DNA from: Basidioascus undulatus
Taxonomy: Eukaryota
Reading direction: 5' to 3'
Length of the DNA stretch: 52,631 nt
Assembly: GCA_000826855.1 (NCBI GenBank)
Contig: JTLS01000013.1
Coordinates: forward strand, 1-52,631
Part shown: positions 11,690 through 23,300 of the stretch, one piece after another
Layout: each line of letters begins with the position of its first letter
How positions within the stretch are numbered: position 1 is the stretch's first letter
The notes under the pieces: model-generated
What the model saw: only the letters and a program-made list of their open reading frames with translations
The model's database searches: none
What the model was told of the DNA's origin: nothing
Program-made: the position numbers and the translations under genes

Positions 11690-13786
11690 GGTGAAGCTGC
11701 GCTGTATACCGGAGGTCTTAGTACAGATGGAAGCTGTGTGGAAGGAGGACAAGAAGCAGACCGAGCAGGTCGAGGAGAGAAGCAAGTCTATCGACGCCAA
11801 TGTAACGACGGCGCGCGAAGACGGAACGGACCGAGGGGCCGAACGTCTGTTAGCGCCGGGGGTGCATCCGCTGTCAGATGACAGATCGGGTGCAGTCCCA
11901 AAGTTACGATCAGCCCAGTATTTCATGATTATTCAAGAAAGGTCCACTGATTTGTTGGAACGGTGCAGTCGAAGTTCATACAGAGCAGTCGAGCTGTGCA
12001 TTGCAGCTGTCCAGTTGGAAGAATCACAGCACTTTCGATCGGGTCAACCTGAGCTCTTTATGTATAAATAAAGGAGCCACTCATTTTTGTTGATTATTCA
12101 AACGGTAACCCATCTCCCTCCCTCCCCTAGGGCAGCAGCCTGCATGTCTGCTGCCTCAGCCGGTCTACAGTGCTGGTCCGGTGCTGGTGCTTTCGCTGGT
12201 CAGGCGTTACGCCGCGGATGCGCGGAGCTGTTACAGTTGAGACGAGTGTCTTGGGACTGTAAATAGTGCACTTGCATGGCAGCCCCAAAACAGTGTAGAT
12301 CCGGGAAGTCTGCTAGTTAGTCATCGAACCTCATGCCACGACCCAGCCTGTCCAGCTCAAAGTCTTTCACTCGGCAGTGTTGTGGCACAGCTCCATCTCC
12401 ATAGTCCCAGACAGTCCATTTCAGTCGTACGAGTAGCTTAAAGTTGATCCCTTTAGGCCAGGTGTGTGCTAGTGTTTCGCCGCATGCCTGCCAGTTGCAG
12501 GTGGCTTTCACGCTTCTTAATGACGTTGCGGAAGGAGGCCTGGCTTAAACGTCCTTTTGTACCACCTATGTACAGGAAATACTAAGTATTGCTTGGGGTT
12601 CTTAAAAACAGCGAGCCTCTGCAAACTTTGAGTGCCTTTTGGGATCCGCAAGGCGCAGCATATCTGGACTTGACTGCAGGAAGTGACGGCTACGGGAACG
12701 AGGTAGAGTGGATAGTTACTTCAAGGTCTTGACCGGTTTCGGGCAGTTTCAAGGGTAAATTCTGACGCAGGTTGGGTAAGAGGCAACCGTTCTCTTCCGC
12801 ATGAGCACGACAAGCTGAAAGGCTTCCTCCGCTCCGTCCTCGACCTGCACTCGCTCTGCCGCATGGAATTGCCGCACTCTGTATACATCTCAGTCTTTAT
12901 CTCATCAAAAATTTAGCCGCTTTGGTTCTCTTCAGGGGGTGCTAGCAAGAGCAGGCAGCTGTGCATGAGCCAGGTCCACGCTTACAAGTGATACTGGGCC
13001 TTCGAGCACGTGATCTGCCGTCAGATTTTTCAATGAGGCATGCAGCGACGCCGCGGGGCTACTGCTGTCGGAACCGGGCAACATTTGCTTGTAGCCACTC
13101 ATCGCAAGACTCTTCAGAGTATCCGTCGTGCTGCGAGCAGAATCAGCAAATGAGCGGCTGCGATGGTGAAAGTACTTATCAGGCGATCGGTGGTGCGTTT
13201 GCCAGTGGTGATGGTGCGCGTGTGTACGGCCCCCGCTCAGATCTCTGCACGTTCTTGGGTCTTCTCTCCTCAGATGCTCTCCGAAAAGTCACGTATCGAG
13301 CGCAAACCCTGGCTGAACTGGATGCTATGTACCAGTCAACGTTCAATCTCAATATCCTTGTCTCAGAGCGACGAAAGAAGGCAGTAGTGCGCAAATAAGT
13401 ATTTTGTGCGCCCCTCGTGACGTTTACATTTGACCACGCCAGCTGCCAGAAGGTGATCGGCCCGTGTGTGCCGCGTGCTTGTGCTCGGTCGACCGACTTT
13501 TTCCAAAACTCGCAACAAAGGAGCCCGGGTTCCAGCCAGCGCAGCGCTCGCCGGCGAGGCGCCTTCCTCTTTGCACCCTTTCCGTTTTTTCTTTCTCCGC
13601 TCCTCCTCCCCACCGAATACTCCTGCCCACCGCGCACAGCAAGCACACGCCTATCGGCAGCTCAGCGATACGACATCATTGTTGGCCTGTCGATCGCCCA
13701 ACACCCGTTTGAAACACCTGGGCCGGTGCCTGTCGATCTCCCCCCTGCCCTCCACACACACCTCTCCCCCAAACCACCACCCAGCA

Positions 13787-14983
13787 ATGTCCACCCTTCC
13801 CCGCCCAATCCCCACCAGCACCAGCAGCAGCAGCAGCACCTCGGCTAGCGCACACCCCGTCGGATCCACGGGCGACGACGTCTCCCAGCTCGCCTTCCTC
13901 CTCACCTCGCTCTCGCACGCCTCGCCCAGCACCCACACCACCCCGCTGCCCGCCGGCGGCTCCTCCTTCTCCCCGGCGTCCCCCAGCCCCTTGGCGGCCG
14001 GCTTGGGCGCTCGGAGGCTCAGTGTGGGCGGGGGGAGTGCGGTGGCTGGAGGGGGTGTGCAGAAAGCACGGAGGGCGTCCACGAGCGGAGGGAGAAGGAG
14101 AAGCGTCCTGTGAGTCTTCCTTGTCATGCTCTCTTTGCCCTCCCTTCCTTCCGGACCTCTCCTTCTTATCCGCCCAACTTATCCCGACTCTTTATTCCCG
14201 CAGCTCTCCATCTCCGGTCCCCACCACCCCGCAATCCCTCCACTCCCCCCTCTCCTCCTCCCTCCCTCACCACGCGTCGCACTCCCCATCACCACCGCCA
14301 ACGCAGATCTCTTCATCTGAAGACGCTACGATCCCGACCAAGCCGGGGAGCCGCCGACGCTCCGGCCAGACGTTCAAGTGCGAGAGCTGCTCGAAGGTCT
14401 ACAGACATCCGCAGTGTCTAGGTGCACTTTCCCATCCTTTCGCAACTTTGCACTTGACCAGAGTAGCTGACAGAATTGAATGAACCGGAAATTCAGTCAA
14501 GCACCGCTGGGAGCACTCGCCGCACTGGCGGGAAGCGTCCAAGTTCCTTCTCTCCAAGCACCAGCAGGTGCAGCTTCTCGAAGTGCGTCCTATCTCCCTT
14601 CTCCAACTCCAGCTCTCCCCCACTCACCCTGTCTTTTCTAATCCCCACAGGCCGCCGCCATCCTCGTTCACATCTCGCCCTCCTCCGGCGGTACCTCCCT
14701 CCCCGAAGACAAGTCCCTCTGGCCCGCTGCGGTCTCCCCGCCATCCGCAGGGCTCCTCGGCTCCGACTGGCTGCACTCCCCGCGCCCGTCGCCCGCGATG
14801 CTCCTCTCGCAGAGCTTGCCCACGCCGGGGATGCGCATGCGCGGCGCGAGCGAGGAGACGGGCGAGATCGACGTCGTCGGGGAGGAGGACGAGGAGTACG
14901 ACGAGGACGACGAGGACGAGGACGATCGCGATCACTCGCCCGAGAGTGGCGAGTGGGGCGTCGCGGACGAGATGGAGATGTGA
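13787..14983 (+). CDS. C2H2 zinc-finger protein (probable transcription factor), 4 exons
   Basis: FKCESCSKVYRHPQCLVKHRWEH (C-x2-C-x12-H-x3-H) followed by the conserved fungal block SKFLLSKHQQVQLLEAAAIL; Ser-rich N-terminus and acidic C-terminus. Confidence 0.88.
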
Positions 14984-15831
14984 TGAGGTGAGGGGGTGCA
15001 GGCGTAGAGCGGGGTGAGGGTTCTGAAGTTCGGGGACCTTCGTTTTTCATTGATGCCTTTTCTTTCCTTCCTTTTTTTCGATCTGCTTCTCTTTCCCGCA
15101 ATTTCCGTACCGGTAAACCCCATCGTGCATCGCGCATCGTCCGCGAAAGCAACATAGCATTTTCTCTCGCTACCTCCCACTCTTCGCTCAAGCACTGCAC
15201 AGCAGCCCCGACGTTCTCTTTCCGCACACGTCGCCTCGCTCCGCTTCGCTCGCACGCAGACATGCATTACTGTTGTTGATACTACCTAAAACCAGCGCAC
15301 GCCAAACGAATGCCTGTTGACTCCGGCTTAGCACGTGCTGTGCGCGCGGGTCTGCACACCCGGCACATCGACATTTGCGTATGAGGAAAACGAACATGTC
15401 ATGCTTTTACTTTCTCTTTGCACAGCCAAAGTTCGGCGTTATGCAGACCTAATTTAAGCAGGTACAAATGTTTGGTATACAAGGCGTTGTCCGTCGTCCC
15501 GCGAGCGCCTGGTTGAAGGCGTTGCCTGTCGCGCGCTAGTCGCCGCTTGACTTTCTACCACGACCATCGTTTCGCTCTGTCGTCCTTCTGAGCTCTCACA
15601 TCCCCTTATCAAAGCGTACTCGCATCTTCCAATGCGCAAATCCTTTCGTGCTCTCAATGCCTTTCGATCGTCGCGCGTCATTGCGGCAGCGGCCCTCGAC
15701 GCACCTCTCACGCGCGTCATCAGGCGCACCTGCACTGCTTCAATCACTGCCCTCGAGCGCTCCTGTCCTCCCTTGATCGCACACGACACGCTGAGGATCT
15801 CGAACGCGCGGGAAAGCTTTGGCATGTGCAG

Positions 15832-16747
15832 ATGGTGAGACCTCTCCTTACGGTGATTGTATGAAGCGTGCTCACGCGACACCGCTGGAATGCGGCCTCC
15901 TACTTTTCTCGACACAGGAAAGCAGGAAAATTGAGAAGTTTGCAAGAGAGCGTGGCTTGCCGATAACCAGCTATGCCGAAAGGGAGCACGTCGAGAACGA
16001 GTGAGCCTCTAGTCTCGAGCTCTCCTCTTCCATCACCGTCTAGCGAGGAGCTCAACACAGAGCGACTCATCTCGCATCGCCTCGACAGTGGAGGCGCCGG
16101 AATAGCTCGCAATCCTCGGCGCGCAATCGGGAAGTCGCTCACGACTCGCCCGCTGACATGCACTATCGCGCACAGCGTGACCGCCTCGTCGCCCTGGGCA
16201 TCATACCTGCATCTTTCCGCGGCGACACTCTGGGCCTCCTTGGGCGCTGGTGTACTCGCGAGCTGCTGCACGTCCTCCAGTGCGCGGATGCGCACGGCCA
16301 GATCGGCAGTTTCGTATGACAGGGCTGCTCTCCTTATCTCACGTGCTTCGACGGACTGACCCATTCCTCCATCACCCTGTTGCATAGAGGGGCAAGCTTC
16401 GCCAAAAGTTTCCCAGTCGCTTCCTCAATGTGTGTCCCAGCCGTCTTCCTACTTTTCATAAGAGTAGCAGCAATGTTATACAAAAAACTGACCACCGTTT
16501 GCCCCGCCACGACTTTCAGGACCCCCCCGCCTGGCTCGCCGACCGCGGGTGGGAGCTGCAGGGCTGGAAGACTGAATGGGCGGGGCCCTTAGCGGAGGCT
16601 CGTGAGAGATTGTCGGGCCGTGGTCTTCAATTGCGGAAGTTGCCCACTAGTGTGCTGCAAGACTTGGCGCTCGAGCTGGCGGAGGGGCGTATTCGGGTTG
16701 TCCGCAGCAGCAGCAGCAAAAACAAACGGAGCGATGGGATGGCATAG
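15832..16747 (+). CDS. Uncharacterised protein, paralogue B (5 exons, ~202 aa; start may lie further upstream)
   Basis: Exons 15832-15834, 15918-16000, 16061-16313, 16388-16429, 16520-16747 all join in frame through GT-AG introns (CTGAC branch sites in introns 3 and 4). C-terminus DPPAWLADRGWELQGW..LPTSVLQDLALELAEGRIRVV. Confidence 0.75.
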
Positions 16748-17556
16748 TCTATCGATTAATTGGCTTTGCCATCATTCCGACGTCCGAGTGAGGAGGGTGC
16801 CGGCAAACCTCAGTGAATCTGTGTCTCGCTGTGCCCTGGCGTGGTACAACGCAAAGGCGGAACTTTGTAAGCCTTCTCGTATCGTCCAACGGCTTTGTCA
16901 ATGTACCGTGCCTTCAAGCTTCAGATCAGGGCGTCCGAGGACCATCGCTCAGTTTTGGGTGCTGCTCCTTTCTTCAGGAACTTTCAGTAAGGGTAGGGAG
17001 ATGCCTGGAGGAGAGCGTTTTATTTGGTTTCATTGAAATTCGTCCTTGAGGATTCCAAGAAGGCTGTCCTCCTCAGCCTGATCGACACCAAGCCATCAGC
17101 AAGGCGACACGGGCTGAAACAGCCATAACACGTAGGGCCGGTGGTTCCCGCTTGGACTACAAAGGAGCACCATCCCTAACGGCCCAATACGCAAACTTCC
17201 TATACAAACTCCTATCAGCGTGAGGAAGCTGCGCCGTGCAACGTCTTGCGAAGAGGCGAACAAGCGGCGAAACCAACGCTACCCGAACTGCAATGCCAGG
17301 TTGCGGCGAGTCTTGCGCGTTGATTCGCAAGTTCATTACAGTACAAAAGGACGGAATTAGAATACTTTCGGGAAGAAAAATTATCAGGAATCCTTGGGAA
17401 TCCCTTCAAGTGGCCTCGGCCGGCTCGTTCACCGGTCTCGGTCGAGAACCGTCCCAGCCGTCTTGCCTCCGCTGGACAAAACTACAGCTTTCACGCGTAC
17501 ATAACTTCCGTCGGGAGACGGTTGAGTACCTCAAGCTACCCCTCCGATTCTTCTTC

Positions 17557-19325
17557 ATGAACTCTCCCAAATAGCCCGCATGATGACCGCTCTACTGTCG
17601 CAGCGACCGAAGCGGACACTGAGAAAGCGGTCCCCGCCACTCAGCTCGACTCGCAACCGCCTTCACCGCCGGCGGAAGGGGGTACCGCAGCATGGCTGAC
17701 CGTCTTGGGGGGATTTCTCATCCTCTTCTACGTACGTCCTGCATTAATATCGTTCGTGGTGCGGGCATTGTTTCTCTGGAAGTTGGCTGACCGCTTCTCA
17801 TCGGCACCATCGGGAGCGTCGTATCCGTCATGCTCACTGTGCGTACAATTCGACAGCGTGATGCCCTGAGTAATGTTTTTTTACCGTAAATAATTACAGT
17901 CTCTCTGCATGGAGTACTACCAGTTCATCCTAGCACAGGCGATGCTGCAAGGCCTCACTGAAGGTGCTCTTTTCAATAAGAGTCTGATGCAGATTCCTGC
18001 CCGGGGTCGAGCTGAACGACACCTTTTCTTTTTGTAGCGCCTGCTCTCTCTGTCATCAACCTCTATTTGAACAAGAAGCGTGCCACTGCTGCGTACGGTG
18101 TCCCTCACGGTTGCCTGGGCATTTGCATAATCTCCGTCGCGCTGATTTTCGCAATTACAGTGGTCTCGTCGCCAGCGGCTCGAGTGTGGTGGTGTCATAT
18201 GGCCGATCATGGTTGAGCACCTTCTTCTTCAAATTGCATTCGGATGGACGACGCGTACTGGTGGACTGAGCACTTCCCTAGCTGGCTTTGCGCACCGCGG
18301 CGTTTGACGCCTTGTCTTGAATCTCTACAGCTGGCTTCATGGTGCTTGTCCTCCTTTCCATCGCCACCTTGTGCACCGGCGACCGTCTCCCAGTCGAGAG
18401 TACACTCAAGAGCACCTCTCTCATCGATCCCGACATAATCCGCACCGTTGCAGCCTGCAGCCTCTTTGTCTTCGGCCTGTTCCTCAGCTACATCGGCCTG
18501 TTCCTCCTCTTCTTCTACATCGAGTCCTACGCACTCGCGCATGATGTCGGGCGTAGCCTCTCCTTCTACACCATCAGCATCCTCAACGGGGCCGAGCTTC
18601 TTTGGATGTGTGATCCCGGGCATCCTCGCCGACAAGCTCGGGCGATTCAATCTCATGGCAGGCGTAGGCGCGGCGTCCGGGATCCTTACGTTCGCTTGGA
18701 TGGCATGCACTGTACGCACCCTCTTTCACGCTTCTCCCTAATGTAGATTCTAACCCCCTGAATTCTCTGGGATAGTCCACGGCTCGATTTGGCCCTCTCA
18801 GCTGTACGGGTTCTCCTCATGCGGCCTCGTCTCGCTGCAGTCCGCCTGTATCGCCACGCTCGTCAAAGATCTGCGCAAGATCAGTACCAACATCGGACAG
18901 GTTGGTAGACTTTCTTCTGATAATAATTTTCTTCTGATACCAATTTTTTACGAATAGAGGCCTCGGGCTGACACTCTTGTTCCCCACGGATTTCAGGCTA
19001 TGCTGGTGATGGCAGTAGCGTACGTCCCACTAACAAGCACACCCGCCACGGCTTGAGTGGCCATTGACTCCACTTTCGAACCCTTAGTTCCCTCATCGGT
19101 AGTCCATTCTATGGTGCCCTCATCACCCGCGAGAATGGAGATTACCCGAATGCGCAGATCTTCAGCGGTGTTTTCCTGCTCGCCGGCACAACGTTCTTCG
19201 TGCGACAATTTCGTTCTGCCTTGCAACCGAGTGCCTGCTGACACTCCAATTGCTCCGAATTTTTACCACTTCAACAGGCCTTGGCACGCTTCAGCTTGAA
19301 TGGGAGTCCGATCGCGGGCGTCTGA
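17557..19325 (+). pseudogene. MFS monocarboxylate-transporter-like (MCH family) pseudogene
   Basis: Motifs PPAEGGTAAWLTVLGGF, SLCMEYYQFILAQ, ASGSS(V)GGVIWPI, FGWTTR and NGASFFGxVIPGILADKLGRFN. Frameshifts at ~18185 and ~18593, an out-of-frame start, and loss of the segment after TM1. Confidence 0.85.
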
Positions 19326-20387
19326 GCGACGGGACAGGGTCCTGGGTCGCTGCATGGTCATGGGTTCCACAATGTTGCCAGCGTAGAGACGTCTTCATGG
19401 CTGCATTGAACACCATGCTCATTTGAATACCCATTTAACTTTTTCTACTTCCTACGATATCCTTGATCACTATTATCTACGTTGCGTCTGTCCCTCCAAC
19501 GGCTGTAAAGAACGAGACTGTGTCTAATTATCAGACTATCATAATGCCTCGTCGACTGTTTCCAGGAGGACTTATATGGAGGCTACGCTCTCTGCCTAAC
19601 GGAAGAAATAGAACAAAGCATGTCTAGAGTATTGTGGTATGAACTCATCAGACTTTTCCGACGGTAGCGCAAGGACGATGCTGCCCATTCGAAACGTCAC
19701 CGTGCAGTAAGCCGAACGCGGTCGTCCCCCCAGCCCATCCTTCTATGTTGGATAAATGCTTTGAGTCAGAATTTAAGACAATGTATAGGATTGGGTGCGG
19801 TGTATAGGTGGGCAAGGGTATACTGTTGGGTGCGATGCGAGGGATGCGGATGCAATGCAGGGGAATAGGCAAGTGCGCGGGGTATGAGGCGCAAACGAAG
19901 GACTTGAGGACAGGAGAGTGCTCGTGTTCTACGAAGAACTAAAACAAATGGTTATAGTAATAAATAGCGATGTAGATGTGGTGCAAAGGTCGAAGGGAAG
20001 AGAGGTGCAGGACGACGAGCTGAGCCGAGTGTCTGCCGGTGGTCGGCCACTGAGACTCACGCTGATTGCGCGGGGATTGAAGGAGATATCAAACGAGTAC
20101 TTGAGCATTAAACGACACCATTTGGCCCACAGACGTAACACCATCAAGTTCGTGGGGTACAAACATGCCTCCGAAACAAGTCGAAGTCATGTCTTGTCCG
20201 TCCGGGTACAGCCCTCAAGCGCCATTCCCGCATAGCGACCTCAAATTACATAGTGATAAATACATCCTCTTTGCCATTAAAAATGCGACCGAAGCGGACA
20301 GTCGGCTATTCGGTCGACGCAGCGTCTCTCAAAAGAAGACACTGAGCGGGCACATGGTCCTCGAGATCTCCAAACCGCAGTGTTCGT

Positions 20388-23300
20388 TCATGCATCCGCG
20401 TCCTCTTCTCCTTCTGCCTCTTTCCGACCTCGCGCATCCCTCACCCAAATTGCACCCCGTGTCTGCCCCTCCCCACCCCTTCGAACAAAACGTCGCCCTC
20501 CCATCGTCTCGACACCCAGCACCCACTGATCGATGCTGTACGTCCCCGGACGGCTCACCCACACTGTGGGGTGGAGGTGGACTTCGCCGGTCGCGGGGAC
20601 GGTGCCTCGGAACGTAAGGGGGCCGGTCCAGGGTGGGGGAAGTGGGTCGCTGTCGGGGAGATGGCGGATGGTTAGGGTAAGGAAGAGCAGCGACGGAGAG
20701 TAAGGAAGAGAGTACGCACGATACGAGACGCGGTGAAGGTGGATCGTCGGTGAGGAGTTCGAGGACGTAGTCCGCTGGGTGACTGAGGGAGAGGTTACGT
20801 AATGCGAGGGGGACGGAGAGAGTGATGGGGCTGTTTGGGGTGTGAATTAACTGTCAGTTGTCGTGAACGATCCCATCCCCGCATCCCTTCATTCGAAACG
20901 CACCCCTCAGAAAAGTCGTGCTCCACCTCCGCGTCCACCCTCGGTTCCAGCACGATCGGGTCCTCCTCCAGTGCCAACCTGCTCCTCAGCACCTGATCGA
21001 GCACCGCCTTCTTCTCCCTGGCCGTCTCCTCAAATAGCGCTCTCGTTCCAACTCCAGCCTTCTCCCCCTCCCCACCGGTACCGCCCTGGCCCCACACGGC
21101 CGCGCGCGCCCCGAGGCTCATACCCGAGATATGAGCGTGTCCGAATCGGTTCTCAGCGGGGATGGACCAGAGGACGAGGACGTCTACGTCCGAGGGCTCG
21201 AAGAGCGTGAAGATGTGCGGTGCGTCGGAGGCGGGGATGGAGGAGAATATGGAAGCTAGAGATGAGCACCGGATGACGCGCCGGACGGAGAGAAGTGGGT
21301 GGAGGTGCGCGGAGAGGGAGAGGTCCGTCGTGTTGGATGTCTGGTAGAGGGACGGGCGTATGTCAGCTACGCCCGCAAAGCGATCGACAACCAGCGGGAA
21401 GCACATACATTACTCAAAGAGCTCAACGTGAGCGCAGCCTGATCAGGTACAGAACCCCTGATGTTCTGGCCGTTCAGCAGTCGGCGCAGCTTGTCGACCG
21501 TGAAAGATAGGTCCCGGATCGGCTCCACACCGTCCGCATCCGTGCTTTGCGATTCGAGCGAAAAGAGTGTGCGCGCGACCTGCTGGAACGGTACTGACTG
21601 GAGCTGGCGGCTGCCGTCGTGCCGGCGAACCAACCTATTCAGCACGGCGTGACTTTCTGGAAAGCGGATGTGCACTTACAGAGGTGAGCCGCCCAATGGG
21701 CGGAGGGTCCACAGCGGGCTGATAGTAGACACTTGCACGATCTGCACTTCATGCGGGAGGTGCAGACTCTCGACCTGCGCAGCTCCGGTTGGGCGCTCAG
21801 CGTCTCGGTTCGTTGACACAAGGACCGCACCGCAACGACGTACCTCGAGGCTGAGCAGGTACGATCCCGTCTTTCTGCTGCTCGCCCGCGCGGATAACCG
21901 CACATCCACAACGGGGATGACCTCGAGCTCGTGCGCCGTTCGAAAGACATGATACTTCTCTTCGACACCCTGCGATCCCCCCACGTCATCCTCATCAGCA
22001 TTCTATGCGCGATCGAGAGGTGCTGGGGTTTGGGAAGATACATGGACGCACCTCCTGCTGGAAGATGAAGAAGAAATGGAGGGAATGCGCGCCTAGTCGA
22101 TCGCCGCGGAGGAGGACGGGGACGTGGATGGACTGCCCGGGCGCGAGGACGCCGCCGTCGCCGGGGAGGATTAGCGGGGTGGGCGCGGGCGGTCGGAGGT
22201 CGTTGGGGGCTGCAACGCTGTGTGTGGACGTTGAGGCGGTGGGGGCGTAAAGAGCTGCAAGCGAGGCAGGGACCTTCCAGTCAGTTACCAGCACAGAGCA
22301 CGAGACATCGTGGTCGCGAAGAAAGAACACCATACCCGTAGCGTCCTCCACGTCCTCCAGTCCTCCAAAGCTCGCGAACCCCTCCTCCGCAACGAGGACC
22401 CTCAGATCACGCACGCCCACCCTCCCGACGTTCCGCACCTCCACGCGCCGCACCACGCCCTCGCCGAGCCCGACGCTCGCAGGCAGCGCGTCTTCGAGGC
22501 GCACGTCGATCGCCGGGCGGGGCGGCGCGACGAGCACGTCGAGGGACGTGTCCCTTGCGTACGTGGGCGTGAGGCGCTGGGCTTTGGTCGATTGCAGACG
22601 GCGCCCCTTTCGGGCGAGCGGCTCTCGGACGTGGAGCAGGTCGTGAAACTTGAAGGAGGCGTGCGTGAGCGTTAGGCGGACGGCCCGCGAAGACCGGATT
22701 GACAGTGATATCTGGGCGGGGCGGGGATGGCCGTTAGCGCTTGCGCCAAGCGCGGTTTACCGATTCTCAACTTACAGGAACGTCCTCGAGCGGCCCTAGA
22801 TGCACCTCGGGCACGACATCCACCTCCACGCCCTCGACGCCCTTGCCCTTCTCTCCCTCCGCCTCAGCCCCAACCCGCTCCGTCTCTACAACCTCCACCG
22901 TCAAGTTCGCGAGGACGATGCTCGCATTGAGCGGGTTTCGCGCCCGCAAGCCGACGTAGAATATCTCCCCAACCTCCGCCACAATCTCCCCTCGCTTCTC
23001 GCCCAGCGCGAGCGGGCGCTTGCGGCCTTCCTCGGGCGCGAACCCGGCCTGCAGGCACCGCTCTTCGAGCGCGCCCCACGCGGACGAAGATTCGGCTGAA
23101 ATAGAAGAGCCGGAGGAGGTGTGGGCGGTGATGCGGATGGACGTTGCGCGCAAGTCGATGAGCTTGCAGGGCAGTGCGAATTCGGGCGGAGGGTCGGTCC
23201 GGATAGTCGGCTCTGCGGCGGCCAGAGTCTGATTCCCGCGAAACGATCAGCTTTTACCATTTCCTTCTTCCGCACGCTCCTTCACTCACTTCGATCGCAC

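Noticed and set aside
13815..13840. CAG trinucleotide run
   Set aside because: Short, and encodes a Ser tract in the zinc-finger protein.
15454..16385. Minus-strand ORFs of 161 and 163 aa
   Set aside because: They lie antisense to the five-exon plus-strand gene, which is supported by splice signals and paralogy.
19640..19660. CTGATGAG hammerhead-like core (also at ~34119 and ~48264)
   Set aside because: No stem II followed by GAAA at proper spacing; the 34119 case is an intron branch point.
21300..21990. Lower-GC stretch inside TRS85 resembling an insertion
   Set aside because: It resolves into open minus-strand exons with GT-AG boundaries continuous with the gene.
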